This document shows, piece after piece, positions 25,613-40,210 of a stretch of DNA of 64,000 bases. Position numbers and translations under genes: made by a program. Position 1 is the first letter of the stretch; each line of letters starts with the position of its first letter. The notes under the pieces were generated by a model. That model was not told the DNA's origin. It saw only the letters and a list, made by a program, of their open reading frames with translations, and did no database searches. This DNA is from Octopus vulgaris (lineage: Eukaryota): contig OX597814.1 in NCBI GenBank assembly GCA_951406725.2, positions 118,544,001-118,608,000 on the forward strand, in the 5' to 3' direction.

Positions 25613-28600
25613 GATGACACATGTTTGAAAGCGGTTGCCAAAATATAACCGATTACAACCACACAGTTCAAAATCAGAGAAGTAAAAAGCCCATTGGCGT
25701 TGTGCTCCTTGGATTGGGAACAAAATGTACCTCAACGCTGTGGGGGGATATTTGCCCACAGAAGAACGAGAGACTGGAGGTAATAGTTTGGTGGAATTAG
25801 AGATATTTTGAGTGGAGTTCGAACGGAACTAGTGTTTGAGGATTCCTTCTGTAATCATCAGTGGTCGTGTATATGTGTATGTGCTTATATTTATCATAGA
25901 TTTACCGCAAGGCTGAAAATTGCTGAGACAGCTTGACTGCTTAAATTCAGAATAAGTATGAGTTTATTATAGAAGATATTAATTAGACAGAGTATAGTTT
26001 TGATTCATAAATCATGCGCACGTGTTTATGATTTTTCCAGAGGAATACTATGGAACAAGAAGAGTAGTTAATCGATATTTTAATGAAAACCTGTAATTCA
26101 AGTTCGTATAAGTTGAAGAGCAAAAACATAAAAACTTCAGGCTTATATAGAAACTCATTATTCTTCGACAGAAGAGTAATTTTGAAAGTTGGCATCCCTC
26201 GGTCAAGTTGGCATCCCTCATGACTCGGTCAAGATTATCTTCAGTATTGAGAAATCACGAAAAACCAGACACCGGTAATGACTATTGTCACGTAGGTTTT
26301 CAAGAGATTATGTGCTGTAATAAAACACGAAAGAAAGAAAAGAAAAATGCGATCTTAAACTATTCAATTAGGTTTCCTGCAAGCAAACAAATGTATGTCT
26401 GCAGAGTTACATGATCCGTTCTCCAAACTCCAATTTGTTATATTTACCCCCATTTTATTTGTTAAACTTGGAATCATGGAAATGTTTTCTAAGTTTCTTG
26501 CAACATTACTGCATCATATACACCAAGGCTGAATAGATGTCTGTGTTCATTGTATATAACCACAATGCATCTGTAGAAATCTGCATGGTAAATCAACCAA
26601 GCACTTCCAAAACACTCGGGCTTGAGTGATTGTCGCTGTTGTAGTGCGAAAATGCTTTGCATTCTAACTGGATCATTAATGATTGGCATCACAACTAAAT
26701 TTAATTGAGAATTTCTGTTGAGATGTGTGTATGTGTGTGCAATATGTGTATGCATGGAAACACAGGCCCAGACGTACACACAAATTACATACTCATTCCA
26801 GATTATTTGTAGCTCTGTTTATTCTATAGCATAAGACTGATTTAATATTTTTAAAATTATTTTTTATTATCAGGTAAAATTTTAATTCGTTATCGTATAT
26901 ATTATTATATGATTTGTAAAGATTTTTAATTGAAAACATTTTTCAGTGATAAATGAATATTGTAAATGTATCAAAGTTTTCACTAAGAACGAAAGAGAAG
27001 CAAATTAGATTTCATTATCGAATAATCAAATCATTTCTGTATATTAGGATTATTTAATTTTTATTTACTTTGCTGTAAAATACATAGCTTCGGGGAAGGG
27101 CAAGTTAGCTAACCTGCAAATAATGAATTACTCTCTATTTGTAAAGATGTTTTTATTTTAAATTCATAAACAATGTAAAAATTATTATTAAAAATTTTCC
27201 TAATATTTTCCACAATATCTGGGAATTACAGTCGAATAGAAAGTTGTTTAGCTTACAGAAATCCTGATGTTACATACTTAACATATCGAAGTTAATTAAA
27301 CCTGCATCTTGTCATCTGACATTAGATTTTAAATATTTACAGCTTTATAGTCTTAGATGGTCCCATATTTTATTATAAATTTTACTCATTAATTTTAATG
27401 TCAAAATGCTTTTCCATATGAATGGATATATTGCCGTCTTTGAAATAATTCTTTTTGACAGTATAGTGGCCCTATATAATATAAAAAGAAAACATCATGA
27501 CACATTTCCCATATCTTGAAGCTGCTTATGTGAGATGTATAGCTTAATATCTGAATATATTCACTTTGGATTTCTTTTGTTTAATTTGAATATTAGTTAT
27601 TATAAGACGAGCAACAACACAAGCAACGCTAATTAAACTGGAATCGACCAGAAATGTTACACAAATGTGGAGGAAAATTACCACGTCTGAAATACCTATT
27701 TTGTTTCATTTTATATAAATGTGGATAAGGTGTGTATAAGACGGAGATATTATTACAAGAAAACAAAATGGTTGTTTTTATTTTGAAAAAGCTGTTATTT
27801 TATATAAATCGTTAATAGAAGACTACTCTGGTGATTTCGATCCGCGAATATTATTCGAAAAAGTTTTCAAAGTTATGCCTTTGTATTTATTTATCTGTTG
27901 TGCATCGAGTTGAAAACAACCTGGCATTATTATTCACTTAAATTATGGAAACGTTTTTATTTTCAATGAAATACAGAAAACATTCTACCTCTGATGTTTT
28001 CGTACAAGTTGAAATCATGTAACGTATCAGCTTAGGAATCTGTAATGATAATTCTAAAATGGACATTTAAGTGAGTTACCTAACCACGATGGCTTTTGGA
28101 GAAAGTAAAATTATAAAATTCCGATCAATATTACTGAGTTAGTTTGCTTGAATTTTCAATAAACTTACCATATCTTATCTATGTTCTAAATTTATATTTT
28201 CAGTGGTATACGTTAGTATCAGAATGAATATATAAAGATCTAGCGATTACACTTTCCTTTAATATTAAATTTAAAAAAATATTTATTAATATAAGTAAGC
28301 CTTATCGACAATGATTGTTTAGACGTCGGTATGATAATATGATTGAATAATATTCAGATGGAATATTATGATGGTTGTATAAACGTGCTGCGGTTTATGA
28401 AAATAAATCTGATTTTCGCTACACGTGCTATACATTATGTTACTCGAATGAAATAGAGATATTCATCTGAGAGTCGTTTTTAAAGAAGTTTACTTTAAGC
28501 TTGTTTGCACATGTAAATATGCGCATGCAGAATAAAGTAATAAAATATCAACATCTAGGGACAAACGTGGGTGAGGTTTACCGTGATGTATCAGTTGCTG

Positions 28601-28741
28601 CCATATTTTCTCAATATCGTTAGTTTTTTAAACAGCATCATTTTTGCATCAACATCTGTTGTAACACTTCCTAACTGCAGCTCACCAGTCATAATTATTT
28701 GAAATAAAAGAATGCTCATTAGATAAATTTATTTTTTTCAG

Positions 28742-28779
28742 GACAGTACTATGCAGTTGCAGCTGAAAGACGTTTCTAA
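28742..28779 (+). CDS. Candidate terminal coding exon, (G)QYYAVAAERRF*
   Basis: Strong acceptor TTTATTTTTTTCAG|. Phase 1 fits exon 23947-24006. Followed by repeat-poor, UTR-like sequence. Confidence 0.3.
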
Positions 28780-31041
28780 ATATTTATAAATAAGATTGTC
28801 CAAAGACTACATAATTTATCACAAAGCGCATTGAAATGTAGTGTACGGCTGACATAAGACATACGGTTGCCAAGTAGTTTGTCGAGCTATACGACATGCG
28901 CTTAAACAATACGGTCTCCTTTTTCTTCTGGTAGATGCTGCGAAATCTATCATAAGTATTATCATTGATCTTCGGACTCATTTAAAAAGTATCGAGTTGA
29001 GTATTTCATCGGTTCTTTCTTTATAAACCTTGACTTATAAAATTCCCACGTGAGGTTAGAAATGAGAACACAAAGGGACACAGCTAATGCGACACTAATA
29101 TTTACCCACGCCTCTTCTGATTCTGATTCTGCCAACTCATAAATTGTGCTTGTAGCATAGAATATAACATTCTTTAAATCCTATTTCTGGAAATAAGGAA
29201 AGCGATAATGTTTCTTCATATTTAAGTTTCATTTCAAATCATAATTATATATTTTATATGTCAGAAATCTTAGTTTTTAAAATGATATCAGACAAGTTTT
29301 TCTTCTGTTTATCTTTGAAGCTTTGAATAAATATATGACAGAATTATGTGTCACAAAATAATAGCAATGTTGACGAACAGAGGATATACAGACAGCTTGT
29401 AATTATACCCTATTCTAGAGGGTTCTATCAAAGAGTTGTGAACCAAAATGCTTCAATTTAATTCGAAATAAGTTGGAATTTGTGTTACAAAGTAAAAAAG
29501 TTCTGTATATTTTCTAGAAACCATAAACAGGATGTTTCGAACCAATAATTACCACAAAGATAATAACGACGTAACCTTTGCTACCCAAGAAATCAATCAC
29601 CTTTTTTTAAAAATATTTTTCGTTTATGTCAACAATATTGCATTGATTTTATATTTTGAATATTAAAATAGAGAGAATCGGATGATTATAGATTTGAAAT
29701 AAAAATAATAGAGGTGATTGTGATATGATGGGAATCTCTGTTCCGCGGTTTGCAGTGTCATGTCTCTAGTAATGTAGCTTTCACATTACGTATCATTGAG
29801 GTGTGACAATTTTACAACAGTATAATCACATGCAGTCACATGCGCGGTAATTAGGATAACAAATCGTATATAAAGTAATCTTGAAGGCAGTCTCAGTTGC
29901 AATCTGGAGGTCACATCAACTTGAAGAACCCTCGCTAACTAAATACGTCTAACTGTTAAATTAGATTACATATAATATCATGTGTTGTCTGAAATGAACA
30001 GTAACGCGATGCGCCTGTCATATCTTTATGAATATAATGTCTAATGTTGCTTTATACACCAGACAGACGTCCGCATATTTTCTTATCATAAATGGAAAGA
30101 AATGTGTGATAATATATTATTCCATGACACATTTATTAACGTAAATGACACTTGGCTTCATAAAGTAATCACTTGACACTTATTTATAATTGACAGTTAT
30201 TGTGTGGCTAGCATTGGAAATGATATCTCACATTTCACAAGAACCAGAATAAGTAGTGATACTGAATGAAGTTGAAATCAAATCAATGTTTTATTTTTCA
30301 GAATTGGTATGTGTGTTCAGTTATTGTGGAGATACATCGTATATGTTTCTAAATGTTTTCTGTTCCACCAACAAACAACTGTCTTCTCCCTTTACTGTCT
30401 TGATAAACGGATATAATGGCCAAACAGCTCGAAAGAATTTGGCATCGATATTGTATGGAAGGGGAAGCGAAGCTAATGTTCAGTAAGCTGTGATTGTGCA
30501 TATACAATGATGCCCTTTTCATTAGGTAGAGGTCAGATGTATAGATTTCAGAGATATGCTATGTTAGTAATTCGCCCTTGCAATGGAAAGGAACTGTGTC
30601 CGATATATATAAGGAACATTTTATTAAATTGCCTGTAAAATTAGTGTTTGAGTGCGGACGGTTAATCATTGAATAATCGCAAGCATATCCACCTTCATAT
30701 CTACCTAATATATACTCAAAAAAAGAATTTAACATGTTATGTATTCCTAGTTACAATGTTTATGAACAAAGTAAGAAAAACTGGACTAGTTGTTTTTGGA
30801 ATATCTTGCTTCCTCTGTCAGCATTATTATCTTTAACCTAGATTGACACAATAGTTGCATGCATAATGAAAATAATACATTGAAGGAGACAGATATGATT
30901 TCTTTTATTAATAAATATTATAAAACTATGTATTAGATGGACTCATATTATGAGATATATGGGTTAAAATTTCTGAAACGCTTGCTGGTGCATGTCGTCA
31001 AACGTTATAAATAATAAACGTTTAAATATTACGAAACCTCA

Positions 31042-31082
<41 letters not shown>

Positions 31083-31139
31083 TATACGCAGTCAATGAAA
31101 TTACAGCCTAGTCTGATTTTCATGTATTAATCTTTAAAT

Positions 31140-31550
31140 TCCTTAAATGGTTTACAATTTTTACAATTTTACATATTATCATAATAGAATATTAAATATT
31201 TATTGTGATAAAACTAGTACCTTCATGTTTTACGCACTCAGCAGTAGTAGGGGCGGTTGTTTTCCACAATTGACATCTGTATTAAAATGATGAAATGTGC
31301 CTTTTAAATAACTCCCGATATGCTCAAGCAGGCTGAATCTTATGAACTGTCTTTTGACCAATAATTATGCAGCTTAGATATCACTGTTTGGTGAGCGCAC
31401 CACCTATGGTAGAACTGTATTTAGACCAATCAGTACCTGCTTGGATGTCACGGTTTGTTGAATGCGCCATATTGGTTCGGAGTTATCTCACATTTTTTTT
31501 CAGCAAAATATTTCAGCCAATTGATGTGCGGCTTAGACGTCACGTTTTTA
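31140..31550. mobile_element. Unclassified interspersed repeat (MITE-like end), copy 1
   Basis: About 250 bp similar to 32200-32452, including the identical block AGCAGGCTGAATCTTATGAACTGTCTTTTGACCAATAA. Confidence 0.65.
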
Positions 31551-32164
31551 CTTTGACCGCATCCTTACTTTGTCTGCACCTAAAGAAATAATTGTTTGGC
31601 TATACTCTTTTACTCTTTTACTTGTTTCAGTCATTTTGACTGCGGCCTGTAAACAACATTTGTGTTTTCATTGAATTCTATTGCTACTATTCCTGCAATC
31701 GTCCAGAAATTATATATTATATATTTTAATTATATATATTATATAATTATATATAATATAAATTATATATTTCAATCAAGGTTGATATGGCAAACTCTAC
31801 CACCAATACCACCATCACCAACCTTTTTTGTTGTTGTTGTTGTTAGAGGTGAGGTGGTGGTGGTACTAATAGTTATAGAAGTAGTACTTATCATTATTAT
31901 CATTACCGCCATTACATCTATCACCGTTCCTATAAGTATTATTATATTTGTTCATTTGAAAGGAGTTTAAATTTATCAATAAATTTCGTTTCTCTGGCTT
32001 TTCTCTCGACTTCACTTGAGTTGTGTAGCTTGGGGAATTGGAATATTAGAAACATTTTGTGACCACATGTTGCCAGGTGGTTGATGACAGAGATGCGATG
32101 CATATCAGTGTCCATAATTTGCTGTGAGTGCACACGTGTGCGCTCTCATAATGCATTCAGATAA

Positions 32165-32452
32165 TGTTGGTGTGTTTATAGTATTATGCTTTAAATTATT
32201 TAAAGATTCTACCATTTTTTACAATTTTACATGATAATAATAATAGATTATTATACATTTATTTTGATAAAACTAGTACCTTCATGAGTTACACAATAGG
32301 CATTAGTAGTGACGGTAATTTTCCATAACTGAAAACTGTATTGAAATGACGAAAATTGCCCTTTAAATACTTCTCGATAGGTTCCAGCAGGCTGAATCTT
32401 ATGAACTGTCTTTTGACCAATAAGTACGCGGCTTAGATATCACTGTTTTGTG
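32165..32452. mobile_element. Unclassified interspersed repeat, copy 2, inserted in the PLE GIY-YIG
   Basis: Similar to 31140-31390; interrupts the endonuclease coding remnant. Confidence 0.65.
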
Positions 32453-32604
32453 CATCCCAGTATGACCAGCATATATCTGTTTTGCAATTCGGACATTTGA
32501 TAGTGTAATTTAAATTTCTGCTTTTGCAGATCTTATTTGAATTTGCAAATATTCTTCCTCTTTTTTATTCATATGTTGGCCGTTATATATGAACTGACAT
32601 GTAC

Positions 32605-32844
32605 CATATCGATTGTCAAGCAATGCTAGGGGGAAAAACACAGACATACAAACATACACACATACACACACACATATATATATATACGACGGGCTTCTTT
32701 GAGTTTCCATCTACCAAACACACTCACAAGGCTTTGGTCGGACCGAGGCTATGGTAGAAGACACTTGCTCGATGTACCATGAAGTGGGATTTTACCCAAA
32801 ACCATGAGGTTTGTAAGCAAGCTACTTACCACACATCCACTCCT
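32605..32844 (-). mobile_element. tRNA-derived SINE, second family, inserted in the PLE
   Basis: ACGGGCTTCTTTGAGTTTCCATCTACC..GCTACTTACCACACATCCACTCCT. Confidence 0.85.
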
Positions 32845-33488
32845 TTGGTTACTCGGATTTTGTGTCACGAAATTGTATGGCATGTTCTTCTTTGTCTTTA
32901 TTGGGTTGCCCTACGTTGTTGTATCGGTATTTCTATTCCACGCACTATACCATTTTCTATAGGCAGAGACGTGTATTTTTGTTTGCGTAGAAATTCTTTG
33001 AGGCGTTTTTCTCTGGTATTTACATCTTCCACAATGTAACAAATATTTCTGGTTAGGCCGTATGGGATATTCCGTTTTATATTTGTTGGATGGCACGATT
33101 TAAAATTCAGATATCGATGTATGTCTGTTTGTTTATAATATACTTCATTGGTGATGATGGTATCCCTTTTAATTAAGAATTTATCTAGAAATGGTAATAT
33201 GGTATTACTCATTTTTGAAAATTGGAAAGTCGGGTGCAGATTGTTCAGGAGGATATTGAATTATTCCAGAATATCTGGCGATTATGTCTATATTATGGTG
33301 CAATCGTCAAGATATCTCTTCCATGCATCTTCAATATACTTTCTAAATTCAGTGCCGTAGTTTTTCACTACTCTCTTTTCTAACTATCCTGATACGGATT
33401 TCCATAAACGGGAACAAAATCTCTTTCCTATGGCTGTACCTCTAGCTTGCATGTAATTCTTTCCATAGATTATATATATATATATATA

Positions 33489-33610
<122 letters not shown>

Positions 33611-33722
33611 GTATGGATGTATGTATATTATCAATAATAATAATAAAGGGTAAAATTAATTAATTAATTATAAATAATAATTTTACAAAGTAGTTCGGTA
33701 TGTTAAAAGAACCATTATCGGT

Positions 33723-34112
33723 AAATTTCTATAATTATGAGTATAATTATAATTAGGGTTCAGCAAAATTTGCTTCACCACATACCGACATTTAGAAATA
33801 GCAGCTATAACTATTCTACTACCATAAAATATCTCCCGGATAGCAATACTCAACAACGCACGCAGTTAAAGAGAAAAAAATAACGAATCCACGCGGCTGT
33901 GATTCACTGTATACGTTTTTCGTAGTTAGAGATATGTGAAAAATTTTAAATCATATTTCTACTCACTCATTCGTGAGATGATGAGTATTGCTGTCTGAGA
34001 GAAATCTTTTGGTAGTAGAATAGAAGTTTAATTGCTATTTCTAAATGTCGGTATGTTGTGAAGCAACTTTTTCCGAACCCTAATTATAATTATACTCATA
34101 ATATAGAATTTT
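33723..34112. repeat. Fold-back element with ~140-bp inverted arms between (TA)n tracts
   Basis: Arms 33723-33862 and 33972-34112, for example ACATACCGACATTTAGAAATAGC versus GCTATTTCTAAATGTCGGTATGT. One-sided tail at ~33645-33722. Confidence 0.9.
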
Positions 34113-34124
34113 TGTGCGTGTATA

Positions 34125-34161
<37 letters not shown>

Positions 34162-34172
34162 GGAGAGAGAGG

Positions 34173-34214
<42 letters not shown>

Positions 34215-34249
34215 GACAGAGAGAGTGGGGGAGAGAGTGATAAGAACTG

Positions 34250-34280
<31 letters not shown>

Positions 34281-34819
34281 TCTTAACGAAAGTTATACCT
34301 TCTTGCAAAGTTAGTAATTAATTATAAAGAATCACAATAACTGTTCTATCTGTATACGATATACCAAAATGTTTCATACGCTTTATACTTGATATACGAT
34401 TTACATTTTCTATGATATGCAGGTTTCCGATTAGTATGAGTTAATACACTGATATAAGAATAAGTTTTGTGTAATTGTCACCAATATAAAGGGAAATATT
34501 TTTTTTCTAAATAATGCAGATCTGTTGATCACATTGAAGCTTCTAATCTCATTAGAAGCATAGATACATCTGATTAAATTCATTCTTATATTTTCGAAAT
34601 AAGGACTCTTTTTTCTTGTAGACTTATTTTGCAGTATAACGTGAAGCTGATATGTCTGCAGATTATTCGATTAGATGTAATGAAGAGATTAACATAATAT
34701 TTGATTACATATATTGAACGTCAGCTTTGTTGCGATGCATGAATTGTTTTCACTTCTATTTGCCATGATATCGGCATCAAAAGAAAAAGTACATAAATAT
34801 AAGAATTTACACAAATTCA

Positions 34820-35060
34820 TATATACGTGTGTATGTACGAGCATGCATATGCACCTTTGTTTTGTGCCTTCCCATCCATCGCTTGACAACCGGAGGCGGT
34901 TCAATCCCATCCCTGTAACTTAGCGTTACGTTAAAAGAGACCGAGAGAATAAGTAACAAGCTTCAAAATAAATTAGTACTGAGGTTTACTTCTTTGTCTA
35001 AAACTCTTATGCAAATGCCCCAGCATGGCCAAGATTCTATGAAATGAATGAAGCAAGCAA
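34820..35060 (+). mobile_element. 3' half of a second-family SINE
   Basis: CATCGCTTGACAACCG..GTAACTTAGCG..CCCCAGCATGGCC matches 53975-54120. Confidence 0.75.
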
Positions 35061-36249
35061 GAGAGAGGTTATGTATGCACACGCACGCCCACACATACAC
35101 ACATGCGTCCACACACACACACACATACATACATATACATCTATGCTTATATACAGATATTTTCATATATGTGAGTGTGAGAGTGTATGAGCGTGCGTAT
35201 GTATATGCGTGTGTCTTTGTGCGTGAGTGAGTGTGTGTGAGTGAGTGCGTGTGTGCGCATGTATAACGTAAAGAAATGGGAATTTGAAATTTAAAGAAAT
35301 GCTTTATGAGAGATGTGATACAATCCACATTTGGCTAACCACATCCAATGATATGCAAGATTCCGAATCGTTTAGATAAACAATTAAACTGTACTTCCTC
35401 AGTTCGCTTTATTGGATTTTCTATAGCAAACAAAATATATAGTCAAGATATCGCCTAGAAGTATGGAGAATTGTACACCGGCAAAGTTTATTTATTAAAG
35501 TATCAAATTCCAGTCAAACACTTGAAGTGACTTACTGTCCTTCGATGTAGCACTTATGTGTATTTAGTTTATTATTATTAAATCAATTGAAATATATATT
35601 TATCAAACGGTTGATATTCCTATGCAGCTTTGTTCGAGGTGTTACCTATATGGGTAGGTACAGCGACCTGAATATTCTTGTATAGATGTGCATTTTTAAA
35701 GCATACTTTTGGTTAGAAATATAAAATATCAAGGTGCAGGGCAGTAAAGATAGTAGTGAAATACGATTTGATTATAGTTCAGGTATCATTTAAACTTAGA
35801 ATGACCTCTTTAAATATTATGAAAAACAAAATATTTTATTACACTTAGTAGTGGAAAAAAAGTATTGATTGCTCTTAGTGAAGAAAATATAATACAATAC
35901 AAGATATAAGTAGTATCCTACAAATATTACTAGTATCGTTTATAATATTTCTAATTGTATATCTAAATTATAAATCATCTGCTAAAGATGAGATATGCAA
36001 AACTAATGAAGGTACTACAATAACGCTCTAACTGAGGTTCGCTATAAGGACACATTCTACAATACTCCTAAAAAGGAAATTAAGGAACATATGATTGTGG
36101 TTAGTATCATGAATCAAATAAATATATGTAGTAAAAATGTGCACATAATACAAAAATCATTAACAATGATGATGGGGTTTCCAAACATCACAAAAATATG
36201 AATAGTTAAAAAGAAAACTCATTATGATATCATTTATAGTAAAGTAATG

Positions 36250-36940
36250 CCCATAATAAATGTATTAATGGATACTATAAGGAAACATGCACAAACACCA
36301 GTAATAATACAATCACTCCTTGTTTTTAACTTCAAACTGGTGGACCATGATGAAATCTCGTCAACTATGTTTGACTATTTTCACTGGAACATTAGCAAGT
36401 CGAAGGACACATAGCAGCAATGAATAAGTGATTTATTTCAAAGCTTCCCTGTAGTCCAGCCACTTTGAAATGAGGTTCCTCCTAGGCTCCTGCACCTCTG
36501 ACATTATTGTTTTGTCTATGAATAGTTGCCAGACACATCCCAAGGCAACCTTTTTCCGAGTTGCTTTTTCTGTTGAGAGGAAGCGATTACTTTCTCTTTT
36601 GTCTTGGAGGAAGAAGTTGAAACACATTGTTTGTATTGTATACATTAGGTTCACGCATGCAAATGACCGGTAGTTTTTTTTTTCCATGTGGTTGGTTCTG
36701 CATTTAGGATTCAGTTTTGACTCTGCCATAGCTAAACGGTGTGTTATGGTTCTATTCCCATTGGGAGGTTGCTGGTATATGTTGATAATATATGGTCGGT
36801 AGAAGGCTAGCTTCTTGTACCAGTATGCAACAATCAAGTCTCCCCCAAGTGCATTTCCATCCTTAACTTTCTGGGTCACAGATTTCTCGATCATTTGTGT
36901 TACTGAACCAATAAGCAATATCTGTCGAGAGTATCCCAAT
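36250..36940 (-). mobile_element. Possible decayed piggyBac-like transposase fragment
   Basis: The minus ORF shows piggyBac-like spacing: K+KDG..GDLIVAYW.KK, then KLNPKC, then RKKVAL, then WQLF..RRNLI. No catalytic residues or TTAA-bounded TIRs were confirmed. Confidence 0.3.
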
Positions 36941-39798
36941 CTGAATGGTTTTAAAATGCATCTTGTGTGCTGCTACAGATTTTCCCTCATCCCAATGTTA
37001 CCCACAATGTGTATTTCTATCAAAGGCTACGGAGAAATTAAATTGGTTCAATTTAAATTTCATACCGATATTATGCTCCTGAATAATATATTCTTCAAGC
37101 AAACGAGAAATGCTTTATCATGAGAAAATGTCGAGTTTCCATTTCCAGGTGTTTCTAAAATACTCATTTGATTTTAACGATGTACATAAATAAAATATAA
37201 TACTCCTTCTTCATACATAAAATATAAGCGGTGTTTTATATGAAGACATGTAACTACATCAACTGTTACAAGCTAATCGGATAAAACAAAATATAAATTG
37301 AGCATTATATATAATTTGCAAAATATGAAGTAAACAACACTCGTCAATCGTCTTCTTAATGCCGTATAAAATGCAATAACCTTTTTATTTCCTATTAATA
37401 TTGCTTTTTAATGAAAATCAGCCATTACACATGAGCAAATCGTCACACATTTTGAAGGATGAATGCATTCATCAGCAAATTATAACCTGTGACATACTGG
37501 TATACACTAATAATGGATTAGATATCATTTTATTGCCATATAGTATACAGAAATCACTACTCGTTAAACGTATTGAAATTAAGTCTTTCCACAGTCAATT
37601 TATCACCACATTCTCCCAAAAAAGATTGCTCTGAATATGTTTTGAGAACTTTCAAATTATAGAGCACCATTTTTTTTATGAAGAAGGGAGATGACACAGC
37701 ATAATAACTAGAAGTAAAATTAACGAACCCACGCACATAGGCTTCAGCAATAAACTCATAGATACATACATAAACACATACAAATATGCATTCATACATA
37801 CACGCACACACACGCACCCACACACACACACTCATATATATGTGCTTGTGTGTCGGTATATATACGCATGTATGTACACACGTTAGAATATGTCGCTTTG
37901 CAAAATCATGACAGCGCTATGTACATATCCTTTCCTTTGTAAATAAATTGTCAATCTATGTTGAAAGAGAATTTTCAGCTATGTTTATGAGTGTGAACAA
38001 CCATTTAGTGGCTTTTTCATTAGTTCGTCCATATACAGTGCACTGATAATTAAATTCTAACACAAAACACTTGATCTCAGGCTGAACCTACTGAAGATAA
38101 TTATAATAACATAGAAACCAACTCAAATTAACTATGTATGAATGTTGGTTCCGTTCACATATAAGAGAGAATGAGTTTAGGATAATAATCATAAATATAA
38201 AATTCATACCGCTCTTAAAATAAACACAGAAGGAAGAGTTGTTAGGAAAATGTATCGTCAATTACATACCACTATTTAACAGATAGTTTACCAACCATGA
38301 AATTAGGAATGTCAGAATTGCGACAAACGGGATTTGAATGCCAACGTATATCAGTTTAACTTAATGACAAATCTCTTTCTCTGCGACTATTTGGATTTAA
38401 TGATGTGAGTTCCGTAACTGCCATGTCACTACCATAATATGAGCCATCATAGAGGCATCAGCACGCCCATTCGACGTGCGAACAATAGCAATTTTATTAT
38501 TATCATATACAACAAACATTTCTCGCAAAAAAAAAAAAAATCAAAACAATTTTTGTCATAAAACAATAAGCCTTCCAGAAAAATTAAAGCAAGATTATAA
38601 TGAAAATGAGAGTAACATTTGGACTTTATAGCTCCGTTGTGATTCCAATGTTGTATTCTTCGATGAAAATATCATTAATGCTATTGGGAATATATATGAG
38701 TCCTACTGACATCTGGAGCTTTTGTAAAATTTGTGTTTAGCTTTCGTGGAGTGCACGATATTGTTCCATTGTTTCTCAAAAAACCTTCAGCATTGCCATA
38801 TCTTTTGTCTATTTCTCGTATAGCTGCATATTAGTATCTCTGGCTTTTGTCTCCCGAGGATTCATGTAGAGTGAAATCATAACAAAATGTCTACAAGTAG
38901 TGTTCTCCATAAGATACTGATTGTTACATATTCCACAAGCTTACCTGTAATTTCAGGTTATTAAATCGCAGAAACGAAATAGCAATAAAATGTGCACATC
39001 AGCTGTTAATACATCTAAAATCCAGGTTTTTGTCCCGAGGCATTGTTCTACAAGCAGACATAATACTTTGCTCTTACAGTTACAATAATGTGATTTAACT
39101 TGAATTTAGCTATTTCAAAAGGTTGACGCAGCTGTATATAAGCTGTTATAACATACGACATTTACAGACTGTGTCTGGGTGTATGAATAGCGTACATATA
39201 CTACATATAGGTATACATACATTAGAAATACATTCCTTATTTTGAAATAATGTACTTTAAGAATACATGTTATGAAGGAACACTAATTATCGCAATGAAT
39301 TAGATATGAAATCGAATTAATTTCTGATTACTTTGAATTTCCCAGGATGAAATTATTTCATATAATTAAAATTACCGTTTTACTGAATTTCAAATATTCA
39401 AATGTTCTTCGTCTCTCAGAACTCATGACGTACTAGAAAATATCTGGTTGGATTCAATTCCACATATTGATATAATAATATCATAATGAAGTTAGAGCAA
39501 TCGCATTTCTTGTATTCTACGTAGCGACACGTAGGTTCTAGAATTATGACAGGCGAATTACATTATCACTAACAACTGTAATAAATCACAGTGGAAATGT
39601 ATCATATGAAACCATTTTCGCTTATTATGTTAAAGTTTTGACGTACGTCAAATAATTAACTTATACTTTATTTAATTAATATGTCTGTGTATCGAATTAC
39701 TAGCTGTTGTATATAAGATCACACACACACACTCAAGCATAAGCATACACATACACACACACACATACATACATATATATATATATACATATGTGTAT

Positions 39799-39842
<44 letters not shown>

Positions 39843-39873
39843 GCATATAAATATATATATATACATACACATA

Positions 39874-39919
<46 letters not shown>

Positions 39920-40029
39920 TACAAACTCAAAACGAAAGATATAGTGATGGAAATCTCTATGCACAATCACTCTAGTACTTAAGAAACAATTTGCACCAAA
40001 TACGACAATAGAATCGGTTTCAAATTCAG

Positions 40030-40210
40030 CAATGTTAGGGAAGGTGACAAGTCTATTACATCGACCTAGTGTCCAACAGGTACTTATTTTATCGAACCCG
40101 AAAGGATGAAACGTAACGTCTACCTCGTCCAAATATTAATCGAGTACATTGAGACGGAGAAAATACTTCTAAGTATTTCTCCTAGCGTTCTAGCGATTCA
40201 GCATTGCCAT
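40030..40210 (-). mobile_element. Decayed Nin/Deu-like SINE
   Basis: GGTACTTATTTTATCGAACCCGAAAGGATGAAA. Confidence 0.75.

Larger units (their letters stand above)
31965..33447 (-). mobile_element. Penelope-like retroelement (RT plus GIY-YIG, Neptune-like), decayed, with nested insertions
   Basis: RT remnants GTAIG, WKRYLDDC and LPFLD..VYYKQTD..YLNFKSCHP..KRNIPY. Linker GTCQFI..CKSRNLNYTIKCPNC..YAGHTG. C-terminus RVHSQQI..HLATC..FLIFQF..RKARETKFIDKFK. Confidence 0.88.

Noticed and set aside
38091-38125. CTGAAGA...GAAA..TC
   Set aside because: No convincing stem I, II or III pairing.
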